The notes under the pieces are model-generated. The model worked only from the letters and a program-made list of their open reading frames with translations, had not been told where the DNA came from and did not search any database. Made by a program: the position numbers and the translations under genes. 64,000 nucleotides of DNA from a virus. Of this stretch, positions 8,142 to 16,335 are shown in pieces. Numbering within the stretch: position 1 is the stretch's first letter; each line of letters opens with the position of its first letter. The stretch covers positions 1 through 64,000 of the IMG/VR virus record IMGVR_UViG_3300045988_092551; one strand, 5' to 3'.

Positions 8142-8183
8142 CGCACAACTCCAAATTTTTAATGAATTATTTAAGTAACCAAG

Positions 8184-8405
8184 ATGAAAAAGGTCGCAAG
8201 AATAACAAAACAGGACATATTGGGCATCAAGCCAGGAAAATTTGAAGTCTTTCTGCTTGAGTCCGCAAGAGCAGTTCGGTCGGCAGTAACATACGCTTAT
8301 CAGCTTGCTCAATACGAAGATTTGCCGAAGGGTGTGCTTAAATACTCAACCTCGGCAGATTACAAGAACCATACAGCGATTATTACCGCTGTTCCGGTTG
8401 AGTAA
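8184..8405 (+). CDS. hypothetical protein, first gene of the early operon (Cro position)
   Basis: 73-aa ORF. Assigned by position only. Confidence 0.4.
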   Translation: MKKVARITKQDILGIKPGKFEVFLLESARAVRSAVTYAYQLAQYEDLPKGVLKYSTSADYKNHTAIITAVPVE

Positions 8406-8426
8406 CAAACTTTAAAAGATTAAAGT

Positions 8427-9182
8427 ATGGAAGAAATTATAAAACTCGGAAGAACCGATACAATGACATCTCTCGAAATTGCAGAGATAACCGGGAAAAA
8501 GCATGCTCATGTGATGCGTGACATTCGCTTCTTGATATTCCAGGGAGTTAACGGATCCAACTTTGGATTGGTTAAATATAAAGATAAAAAAGGAGAGTTG
8601 AGGCCAATGTTTGAGCTAACACCAAAGGGTTGCTTGATTTTGGCGAGCGGCTATGACGCTTTGCTCCGTGAGAAAATCATAAATAAGCTTGAAGAACTTG
8701 AGAAGAAGAATCACTTGGAGCAGTATCAGGTACCTCAGTCTTTCTCTGAGGCCCTTATGCTTGCAGCAAAGCAGCAGGAGAAGATAGAACAACAACAGCT
8801 TGCTCTAGAATCGAAGAGCAAAGAGATTGTACAGCTCTCGGCCACAATCACAGAGATGCAGCCAAAGGTTAGTTATGTTGATACAATCCTTTCGTGCAAG
8901 GAGACCGTTACGACGACACAGATTGCTCAGGACTACGGTCAATCAGCAAAAGCGTTCAATATCTTGCTGAGAAACTTCGGCGTTCAGCATAAAGTTGGCG
9001 GTCAGTGGATTCTCTACGCAAAGTATCTCCCTTGTGGCTATGTCCAGTCAGAAACAGTTTCTATCACTCACCGTGATGGTAGTGTAGGTTCAGTAATGCA
9101 CACAAAGTGGACTCAGAAAGGAAGATTATTCTTGTATAATGAGTTAAAAAAACATGAAATTCTTCCATTAATCGAAAAATAG
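8427..9182 (+). CDS. Rha-family regulator / antirepressor with KilAC domain
   Basis: N-terminus 'MTSLEIAEITGKKHAHVMRDIR' matches the Rha motif. C-terminus 'TTTQIAQDYGQSAKAFNILLRNFGVQHKVGGQWILYAKYLPCGY' matches the KilAC pattern. Confidence 0.8.
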   Translation: MEEIIKLGRTDTMTSLEIAEITGKKHAHVMRDIRFLIFQGVNGSNFGLVKYKDKKGELRPMFELTPKGCLILASGYDALLREKIINKLEELEKKNHLEQYQVPQSFSEALMLAAKQQEKIEQQQLALESKSKEIVQLSATITEMQPKVSYVDTILSCKETVTTTQIAQDYGQSAKAFNILLRNFGVQHKVGGQWILYAKYLPCGYVQSETVSITHRDGSVGSVMHTKWTQKGRLFLYNELKKHEILPLIEK

Positions 9183-9185
9183 CCT

Positions 9186-9389
9186 ATGCCTCGTAAGAAA
9201 GTATCAGTAGAGCCTGTCGAAAAGATATGGCTCTCTACGAAAGAGTTCGCCAAGTATATTGGCATGAGCACTGGTTACATACACGACTTGAGAAAGAGCG
9301 GTCAGATACATCATTATATGATAGGCAATACCGCATTCTTCAAGAAGTCTGATGTAGATGAGCTCATTGAAGGACATAAGGTATGCTGA
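9186..9389 (+). CDS. excisionase-like / MerR-type HTH DNA-binding protein
   Basis: 67 aa. 'LSTKEFAKYIGMSTGYIHDLRKSGQIHHYMIGNTAFFKKSDVDELI' resembles excisionase-family HTH proteins. Confidence 0.55.
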   Translation: MPRKKVSVEPVEKIWLSTKEFAKYIGMSTGYIHDLRKSGQIHHYMIGNTAFFKKSDVDELIEGHKVC

Positions 9390-9555
9390 TGCCCTTCAAG
9401 TTGGTTGAGAAGAATAGAATCATAAGTTTTATTATTTATTTATTTTCGATATTATTTTCTAAAGGCTCGTGAGAGCGTAATTTGAACTTATAATCATATT
9501 ATAATTAATCTACAGCGGTAGATATGGGGTGTTTTTAGGTGTTTACACCCCAACT

Positions 9556-9628
9556 GGCTGAGTAGCTCAGTGGATAGAGCATCGGTTTCCTAAACCGTGG
9601 GCCGTGAGTTCGAACCTCACCTCAGTCA
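9556..9628 (+). tRNA. tRNA-Arg (anticodon CCT)
   Basis: Hand-folded cloverleaf. Acceptor ggctgag/ctcagtc. D arm gctc-agtggat-agagc. Anticodon loop ttCCTaa. T arm gtgag-ttcgaac-ctcac. Confidence 0.85.
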
Positions 9629-10019
9629 CACTCTTTTTAGTTCCTTTTGGTAGATTCTCTCTGAAGACGCAAAGGTAAGTCCACATACCTTATAAAGTAG
9701 GTCGTTCGGGCAGCGACAATCTTGCGTTAGATGAGAGTTTAACAAATCGGATGAAAGAAAAGATCTTTGAAATATTGATGCACAGAAAAGTATGCGTGGA
9801 AAAGAAGTAGCCGGAGAGCATCTATGGATGCCGTGACCTGGCGAAGGGACGCACGACATACGAAAATCCAGTTAGTTCTGCATCAAGTAGGCAGACGAAC
9901 TGCACCGGAACGAAGAATTGTCGGTGCAAGCACTATCGAAAACGTTGCAGTCTGGTGAGCAGGGAAAGCTCTGAAAATCCAAATAAAGTGAGAATCGCAC
10001 ATTTTATATAAAGACAAAG
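9629..10019 (+). ncRNA. candidate structured RNA between tRNA genes
   Basis: No credible ORF. Helices seen: 9672-9677/9686-9691; gtcgt/gcgac around 9700-9716; long-range 9790-9798/9852-9861 enclosing gcatc-tatg-gatgc; 7-bp tgcaccg/cggtgca (9901-9928); gagc/gctc around 9957-9971. Confidence 0.3.
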
Positions 10020-10108
10020 AGGAGACTGGTGTAATTGGAAGCACAGCGACAACTAGATGATACCGTTCTTATCGTCGTGAGATGGGGGTTCGAGTCCTCC
10101 GTCTCCTC
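10020..10108 (+). tRNA. atypical tRNA-like gene with a 16-nt expansion in the anticodon arm
   Basis: Perfect 7-bp acceptor aggagac/gtctcct, U8, D arm gtgt-aattggaa-gcac and T arm ggggg-ttcgagt-cctcc. The stem gcgac/gtcgt encloses 23 nt (aactaga + hairpin gata-ccgttct-tatc). Confidence 0.45.
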
Positions 10109-10182
10109 CAAAAAGTAATTTATTTTATATTCAAATTTATCCGATTTAAATGCAGCTCGTCTGTGAAGATAGGCTGCAACTA

Positions 10183-10253
10183 CGGGGAGATAGCTCAACG
10201 ACAGAGCGACGGCATGAAGCTAGAGTACAGACGTTTGACTCGTCACTCTCCGA
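10183..10253 (+). tRNA. degenerate tRNA-like sequence (no anticodon stem found)
   Basis: tagctcaacgacagagc D arm without GG, T arm gacg-tttgact-cgtc, imperfect acceptor pairing. Possible pseudo-tRNA. Confidence 0.3.
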
Positions 10254-10424
10254 CGACTCTTATAATTCAATTGTATTTTTATAACGTTAAGCGTTAATTG
10301 TTAGTAAGCAATATCCCTGGCGAGGGAAACATTTAAAGGGTTAATATTACTAATCGGCATCTGGTCCGTGTGGATAGGGTGCTTTTAAAAATGTGTTTTA
10401 TATGTCTACTTAATATAATGTTAA

Positions 10425-10498
10425 TGGAGAGTAGCTCAGTAGCAGAGCGCCAGGGGAAGGGTCCTTGGAGGTCGATGGTGCGAATCCATCCTCTCTTC
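10425..10498 (+). tRNA. atypical tRNA-like gene (6-bp anticodon stem or 8-9 nt loop)
   Basis: D arm gctc-agtagca-gagc (no GG). T arm gatgg-tgcgaat-ccatc. Anticodon arm ccaggg-gaagggt-ccttgg is 2 nt longer than canonical. Positions 1-72 are T-T. Confidence 0.4.
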
Positions 10499-10551
10499 CT
10501 AAAAAATTCTTTTCATTTTTCCGTAAAGTATATTTAAATTGGTTAACTGGT

Positions 10552-10622
10552 AGCCCAGTAGCTCAACTGCATAGAGCCGTGGGGCATCCGCGAGGTTGGG
10601 AGTTGGAGTCTCCCCTGGGCAC
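10552..10622 (+). tRNA. atypical tRNA-like gene (short anticodon arm, 5-nt loop)
   Basis: Acceptor gcccag/ctgggc with A-A at 1-72. D loop lacks GG. T arm gggag-ttggagt-ctccc. Anticodon arm cgtgg-ggcat-ccgcg is 3 nt shorter than canonical. Confidence 0.4.
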
Positions 10623-10725
10623 AAGAAAGTAGGTAAATTTTTATAAGTCTTTTTGAATTTTTTCTATTAGGTAGAAATGTTTTGTGTTCCATATCACTCT
10701 TGCTTGGGAAAGTAGGAGTGCATAA

Positions 10726-10797
10726 GCTGCATTAGCTCAGTTGGTCAGAGCGGTCTAAGATACTGTCAGGTCGCAGGTTCGAGTCCTGCATGTAGCT
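10726..10797 (+). tRNA. tRNA-like gene with canonical acceptor, D and T arms but an unresolved anticodon arm
   Basis: Acceptor gctgcat/atgtagc. D arm gctc-agttggtca-gagc. T arm gcagg-ttcgagt-cctgc. Only 21 nt lie between the D and T stems, and no clean 5-bp stem is found. Confidence 0.45.
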
Positions 10798-10972
10798 CGA
10801 GTGTATTTGCCATACATGTGATTTAAATTTTTAGTGGAACAAAAAGGGAGTGAGGTTGTTAAGTCATCCTCCTCCCGATTCTTCGTGTAGGCTGTTTCAA
10901 TAATGTATTCATATACCACGTGGACCACCTCTCCTGCCTTGCGTGGTAGGCTAATCGGAGAGGTTTCTATAG

Positions 10973-11239
10973 ATGAAGGTAATAAAGACTATAAGAATCC
11001 GCAGGGAGAATATAGGTGATATCCGCAAGCTCGAATGCGTAGAGAACGTTGTCGAGAAGGATGGGGATATCAAAGTCACCCTCAAGCCGGAGCATACTGA
11101 CGGCAGGCTAGAAGCCGTCAAGGATGAATATCTCGTGAAGTGGAAAAGCGGTAAATGGCAGCGCTTCGGCGAGACGGCAATCAATAACCTCTACAAGAAT
11201 CCAGGAAAGGAGGCTGGTTCAACATGGGAGGACGAGTAG
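10973..11239 (+). CDS. hypothetical protein
   Basis: 88-aa ORF, the first gene after the tRNA region. Confidence 0.4.
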   Translation: MKVIKTIRIRRENIGDIRKLECVENVVEKDGDIKVTLKPEHTDGRLEAVKDEYLVKWKSGKWQRFGETAINNLYKNPGKEAGSTWEDE

Positions 11240-11691
11240 GTTCGAAGAAGTATTACGCTCCTGACGGGAACATATACGATTCCAGAGAAGAGTATCTGTA
11301 CTTGCAGACCATCCTTGATGATCCTAATATAAGCTGTATTCATAGGCAAGTGACCATCACGGCAATCAAGCCTGTATGGATGCTGAGACCAAAGCAGCTT
11401 AAGACAAAGGTCAAGTATGAGAGAAGGTCACTGCTTTACGGCCACAACTATACTGCCGACTTCGTTTACCGGGAAGGCGAGAAGATTGTGATATGTGATG
11501 TCAAGAGCCTCTACACATCAAAGCTCAGAGAGTTCTCGATAACTACGAAAGCTGTGGTAGCAAGACTTATCGCTCACAATAGGAAACGTCATAACGGCGA
11601 GTCTGTTGTGATATTCCGTAAGGCTATCAAGATAAATAAGGATGAGTGGAAAATCGTTGATTATCCACCGTCCGATTGTGCTATTATATAA
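11224..11691 (+). CDS. DUF1064-like (PD-(D/E)XK-type) nuclease
   Basis: 'KKYYAPDGNIYDSREEYLYLQTIL...YTADFVYREGEKIVICDVKS' matches the DUF1064 pattern (FDS-x-E...Y-x-aDF...eDvKG), from memory. Confidence 0.5.
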   Translation: MGGRVGSKKYYAPDGNIYDSREEYLYLQTILDDPNISCIHRQVTITAIKPVWMLRPKQLKTKVKYERRSLLYGHNYTADFVYREGEKIVICDVKSLYTSKLREFSITTKAVVARLIAHNRKRHNGESVVIFRKAIKINKDEWKIVDYPPSDCAII

Positions 11692-11713
11692 TAAGGTGTA
11701 AAATCTAAAAGAT

Positions 11714-11809
11714 ATGTGTATAATTTTCATTAGTTTACTAACCACAGTAGTTATGTTTGCTGCTGTATCATTCGTAGCACATCTTTTTGGTTGGGACCAG
11801 GAAGACTAG
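11714..11809 (+). CDS. possible 31-aa hydrophobic peptide
   Basis: MCIIFISLLTTVVMFAAVSFVAHLFGWDQED. Below the track's size cutoff. Speculative. Confidence 0.2.
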   Translation: MCIIFISLLTTVVMFAAVSFVAHLFGWDQED

Positions 11810-11833
11810 TTTTAATTCTAAATATTTTAAATT

Positions 11834-12229
11834 ATGAACAAAGACAAGATTTTAGTCAGTGTAGTAATTGACAAGCAGGCTCTTATTGACAGAGCATTCG
11901 CCATCTCGAAGACTCCTTCTGAGTTCAATGAGCTTAAGAAGGTTATCGACGGCAAAAACCAGTTTACTCGTGATATCGACGAGATTGATGATGAACGCAA
12001 GAAGGAGAATAATACGAGCCTCTTCGCCTACATCGCATTGGGCATCACTCTCAGTGATAACCCGGAACTGGCAATCGCCAAGCGCATCAATTCGCTTGAG
12101 GACAAGAAGAACTCTTTCCTCGACAAGATGAAGAAGCTCGATGAGCTCAAGGAGCAACTAAAAAGCGGAGAGATGCCCGCAGTTGAGGGTCTCCGTGAGT
12201 TATTGAAAGTAATAGAGGAGGGCGAGTAA
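11834..12229 (+). CDS. hypothetical protein
   Basis: 131-aa ORF. Its stop overlaps the start of the next gene. Confidence 0.45.
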   Translation: MNKDKILVSVVIDKQALIDRAFAISKTPSEFNELKKVIDGKNQFTRDIDEIDDERKKENNTSLFAYIALGITLSDNPELAIAKRINSLEDKKNSFLDKMKKLDELKEQLKSGEMPAVEGLRELLKVIEEGE

Positions 12230-12438
12230 TGGGCGTAGTATCAAAGTACGGAAACCTGTATGATGTCAAGAAGAACATCATCTGTCACGCTCCTGTCACT
12301 TCTTCACATTTCGGAAGACTTCTGAAGAAGGATAACGTGCTTCCTGTAATGAATGGCGTAACAACACCAAAGTTGTTCGGAATCCATGCGGACAAGAAAT
12401 TTAAGCGTGGATGCTGGCGCCGAGTATTAACACATTAA
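12229..12438 (+). CDS. hypothetical protein
   Basis: 69-aa ORF coupled by ATGA-type overlap. Confidence 0.3.
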   Translation: MGVVSKYGNLYDVKKNIICHAPVTSSHFGRLLKKDNVLPVMNGVTTPKLFGIHADKKFKRGCWRRVLTH

Positions 12439-12449
12439 TTCATATAACA

Positions 12450-12899
12450 ATGGCAAAAGAAAAAGCAACTATTGCAGCAACCCTCGGTCACGAGTATGAG
12501 GACCTGGAGGAGCGTGAGGATTTCCTCGCCAACAACGCGGACTCTGTTGAGAAGATGGAGTTCGTCAAGCGATTCAACTCTGACGAGCTGATGAAGAAGA
12601 AGGATCTGTTTGCTCTTCAGTCTGCACGTGCATCTGACATCGAGGAGGAAATCAAGGATTTCCGTGAGCAGAAAAAGGCAGAGCTGAAGCCTATCAAGAA
12701 AGAGATTTCTTCTCTCCTTAAGGAAATCAAGCAGAAGGGTAGCATGGTTAACGAGAAGGTTTACAAGTTCGTTGACCGTGAAGCAAAGATGACTGCCTTC
12801 TATGACAAGGAGGGTAATCTTGTTTCTTCCCGTCCGGCAACACGTGACGAGCTACCTAAGAATATGTATTCAATCCTCCGTGACAAGCAGGCTATGTAG
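12450..12899 (+). CDS. hypothetical protein (start moved to ATG 12450)
   Basis: In-frame 'MAKEKATIAA' avoids overlap with the previous ORF. Confidence 0.45.
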   Translation: MAKEKATIAATLGHEYEDLEEREDFLANNADSVEKMEFVKRFNSDELMKKKDLFALQSARASDIEEEIKDFREQKKAELKPIKKEISSLLKEIKQKGSMVNEKVYKFVDREAKMTAFYDKEGNLVSSRPATRDELPKNMYSILRDKQAM

Positions 12900-12941
12900 T
12901 CTGCTTTCACTTTGTTTTAACTTTTAGACATCTTATATAAA

Positions 12942-13688
12942 ATGGACAATGAAAAAATGCAAGTAAATTTTGCTCCGGGACAGACTTCTGCGGAGCTTGT
13001 TATCCGTGAGGTTGGTAATGAGAACCCTTATAAGCTTCCTATCAAGGAACCTCTTAACCTTCAGGTGAACGGCGTCATTACCTGTATCTATGCTTTCCTT
13101 GAAAAGCGTTGGGGTACAGAGCAGATTGACAAGGAACATACGCATATTCTTGTTAATCGAGAGGAACTTGTCGTTACTCTTGTAACAAACGAGAACGATG
13201 AGCGAACTACACAGACTATCGTAGGCTCTATTCAGCTGTCTCGTCAGTTTACGGGATTCCATATCAACGATGGAAAGTTGTGGAAGCCGGTACAACTTGG
13301 TGACTTCTTCCGTCTCAACCGTTCTTACTTCGAGACAAAGGAGAAGAACATGGAACTCGTAAATCTCCTCAAGAGCTTTTCAGCAAAGGTTCAGACAACA
13401 ATCAAGAAGGAATTCAGCGATAATGGCTCTGTAACTGACAACTACGAGAAGGCTGTAGACTCTAACCTTCCTTCATCGTTCTTTATCAACGTTCCAATCT
13501 TCAAGGGCGCCGAGCCTGAGAAGCTTTCAATCGAGACTATCGCTCACGTTGAAGGCAATATGGCATTGCTGACGCTTATCTCTGCTGATGCAGAATGTAT
13601 CATCGAAGAATCCCGCGACAAGATCATCAATACGGAGCTTGACAAGATTCGTAAGCTCTGTCCTGAGATTCCTATTATGGAGGTATAA
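12942..13688 (+). CDS. hypothetical protein
   Basis: 248-aa ORF. Confidence 0.5.
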   Translation: MDNEKMQVNFAPGQTSAELVIREVGNENPYKLPIKEPLNLQVNGVITCIYAFLEKRWGTEQIDKEHTHILVNREELVVTLVTNENDERTTQTIVGSIQLSRQFTGFHINDGKLWKPVQLGDFFRLNRSYFETKEKNMELVNLLKSFSAKVQTTIKKEFSDNGSVTDNYEKAVDSNLPSSFFINVPIFKGAEPEKLSIETIAHVEGNMALLTLISADAECIIEESRDKIINTELDKIRKLCPEIPIMEV

Positions 13689-13951
13689 TGAGTAGAATTA
13701 ACGAAATCATCGCATCTATGCCGCCGGGTGAAGCTGCTGCCGTGATCCATCTGAGAGAGGTTCACGCCTGTCTTATGGACATCGACAGAAATCATGCTAG
13801 GACTCTGGCGGCTAGAGCTGTCTACCTCGACTATCTTGAAGGCGAGGGAAGAAAGCTCGGTAATATTCCGCGGCACTATGAAAGAGTCACCTCTAAAGGT
13901 GAAAAGGTGACCGTGAAAACTTACTTCAGTTACATCAATAGAGTACATTAA
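13688..13951 (+). CDS. hypothetical protein
   Basis: 87-aa ORF with start/stop overlap to the previous gene. Confidence 0.4.
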   Translation: MSRINEIIASMPPGEAAAVIHLREVHACLMDIDRNHARTLAARAVYLDYLEGEGRKLGNIPRHYERVTSKGEKVTVKTYFSYINRVH

Positions 13952-13968
13952 TTTTTAATTCTATACAA

Positions 13969-14853
13969 ATGGATATAGAGCAGTTAAACAAAACGCCTCA
14001 TAATCAGATTTGCGATTTGGCAAGAGACAGATTCATCGAGGTGTACAATCAGAAGTTCGGAGAGGGTGGAGACGTATTCTTTGAAGAGCAGAAGGCGTTC
14101 TTCAACGAAGAACTTCTCAATGGTCCGTTCAAAGGCTATCTTGAAAAGGCTCCGTCATTGAATATTCACGATGCCTTCATGAACTTGGCAATTAACGGAT
14201 TGTCTCTCGAAAAGGGAACTACGACACTCTGCTACCTCATGGGCTACAGTAACTACGACAAGAATACCAGACAAACGAATTATACGGCCAAGATCACCTA
14301 TACTGGATATGGCGAGATTCTTCTTCGCCAGCGAGCCGGTCAGATTGTTCGTTGTGACAATCCTGTCGTAGTTTACAATTGTGACGATTTTCGTTTCGGT
14401 GAACGAGACGGTCATAAGTACGTTGATTACGCAAAGACTTATCCTCGACCTGAAAATTCATACATCGTTGCTTGTTACGTGAAGATTATTCTTCCGAACA
14501 ATGCCTACGATTATTTCGTTCTTGACCGCGAAGGTATCGACCGTCTCCGTACGTACTCGGAGAAGTTCGGAGGTAAAGACCACAAAGCCAACGCTCTTTA
14601 CGGCGGAAGCTATGTCGGCAGCGATGGAAGAACGTACTTCAAGGATATTGATACAGGCTTCCTTATCTCGAAGACATGCAAGCATGCGTTCAAGGGCTAT
14701 CCTAAGCTGAAGGTTGGTCTGGGCGCTCTTTTGCAGGCCGATATCGACATGCAGACTCAGCAGAAACCGACTCAGGAAGCCTTTGGCGCCGGAGATACCG
14801 CACCGGAAGACAAAGGCGTCAAGGTAAAGGTTGACAGTGATTCACCATTTTAA
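13969..14853 (+). CDS. RecT-like single-strand annealing protein
   Basis: 'AINGLSLEKGTTTLCYLMGY...ITYTGYGEILLRQRAGQIVRCDNPVVVYNCDDFRF' fits the RecT core pattern, from memory. Confidence 0.6.
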   Translation: MDIEQLNKTPHNQICDLARDRFIEVYNQKFGEGGDVFFEEQKAFFNEELLNGPFKGYLEKAPSLNIHDAFMNLAINGLSLEKGTTTLCYLMGYSNYDKNTRQTNYTAKITYTGYGEILLRQRAGQIVRCDNPVVVYNCDDFRFGERDGHKYVDYAKTYPRPENSYIVACYVKIILPNNAYDYFVLDREGIDRLRTYSEKFGGKDHKANALYGGSYVGSDGRTYFKDIDTGFLISKTCKHAFKGYPKLKVGLGALLQADIDMQTQQKPTQEAFGAGDTAPEDKGVKVKVDSDSPF

Positions 14854-14855
14854 AA

Positions 14856-16334
14856 TTGTTATATATGGCAGAAAATACAGAATTGCAGTTGGTACAACAA
14901 CAAGCCAACAATATTACAAGACAGATTGCAACGCTAAAATCTGATACGGAAAATGCGGTGCAAGCCAACAGGAAATCTTATGAGGCATGCGTGAATGCAG
15001 GTGAGTCTCTGTTGTTTGATATTGGCGTTTCCGGAATGAACGATGCTCTTGACGAGAGAGCCGCTGAGTTTATCAAGAAAGCTAAACTGACAGAGAAAGC
15101 AATGACGGAGAAACGTAAGGGTGTTACCCAAGTGTTCGATATTGTCCGTAAGGGTTTTACTATGATGGAGAACCTTATCTCTATCAAGAACACCGATTCT
15201 GTTGTCTATAAGATTCAGGAGAAACGCAACGAGTATGCGGCATACAAGCTTGAACAGCAGCGTAAGGCTGAGCAGGAACGCCTGCGCCAGGAGCGCATCA
15301 AGGAGGCCAAGATTAAGTTGAAGACTGATACGATTGATATCTTGAACAATCTCCTTACAGAGCATTCTTCTGCTGCTATCAACTCACTTAATAATACGTT
15401 CTCTCTTCTCACCCTTGATAACAAGGATGAAGTTAAGAAACGTATTACAGAGTGTTCTGATGTTCTTGACCTCGGACATCTTTTCGTTAATAACAAGCCT
15501 TCATACTCTTCCGAAATTGATGAGAATGATGCCAAGGATATTATGAATGGAGCCTACAAGGAGGTTTCCGCTTCTCTTCTTGCATCTTATAAGCAGACCG
15601 TAAATGCTACGCGTGATGAGCTTCTTATGAAGTTTGATTCTAAGATTGCTGAACTTCTTGAAATCAAGAAGGCTGAGGAAGAGCGCAAGCGTAAGGAAGA
15701 GGAAGCCCGAAAGGCTGAAGTGGAGCGTAAGCGCAAAGAGGAGGAAGCACGTAAGGCTGCTGAGGAAGAGCGCAAGAAGCAGGAGGAGATTCAGCGTATC
15801 AAGGACGAGGAGGAGCGCAAGCGCAAGGAGGCAGAGCGGAAAGCTGCCGAGGCTGAACGCAAGGCAAAGGAAGCCGAACTGAAGGCTGCTGAGGAAGAGT
15901 GCAAACGTAAGGAAGCAGAAGCTGCCGCTGCTGAGGCTGAACGCAAGGCCAAGGAAGAGGCTATCCGTAAGGCTGATGAAGCCGCCAAGGAAGAGCAGCA
16001 GAGAAAGCTTGCTGCTGAGCAGGAGAAGCGTGATGCAGAGAATGCAGCCCAGCACGCTACTGCACAGGCTCAGTCGCTCTTTGCCCAGACTTCCGTTGGA
16101 GAAACCGGCAAGCAGAAAATCAAGGTAACAAAACGTCTTGTTGTTACCGACAAGAATGCTTGGCTCGACATCATTCAGCAGTGGTGGACGATTGAAGGCT
16201 CCAAGATGTCTCCAGACAAGCTTGCTTCCAGATTAGAGTTCATGCGCAAGGCGTGTGAGAAACACGCAAACAGCGAAGAAGAGTATATCGTTTCTCCTTA
16301 TATTAAATATGAGGATGAGGTAACGGCTAAGTAA
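14856..16334 (+). CDS. coiled-coil protein with a K/E/R/A-rich repeat region
   Basis: 492 aa. The central part is (EERKRKEEEARKAE)-like repeats. Confidence 0.5.
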   Translation: MLYMAENTELQLVQQQANNITRQIATLKSDTENAVQANRKSYEACVNAGESLLFDIGVSGMNDALDERAAEFIKKAKLTEKAMTEKRKGVTQVFDIVRKGFTMMENLISIKNTDSVVYKIQEKRNEYAAYKLEQQRKAEQERLRQERIKEAKIKLKTDTIDILNNLLTEHSSAAINSLNNTFSLLTLDNKDEVKKRITECSDVLDLGHLFVNNKPSYSSEIDENDAKDIMNGAYKEVSASLLASYKQTVNATRDELLMKFDSKIAELLEIKKAEEERKRKEEEARKAEVERKRKEEEARKAAEEERKKQEEIQRIKDEEERKRKEAERKAAEAERKAKEAELKAAEEECKRKEAEAAAAEAERKAKEEAIRKADEAAKEEQQRKLAAEQEKRDAENAAQHATAQAQSLFAQTSVGETGKQKIKVTKRLVVTDKNAWLDIIQQWWTIEGSKMSPDKLASRLEFMRKACEKHANSEEEYIVSPYIKYEDEVTAK

Positions 16335-16335
16335 T

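Noticed and set aside
10020-10110. Possible tmRNA 3' end (GGTTCGAGTCC...CCA-like)
   Set aside because: A perfect 7-bp acceptor partner and a D arm lie only about 80 nt upstream, giving a tRNA-sized molecule. I saw no tag-peptide reading frame and no tmRNA-style 5' end.
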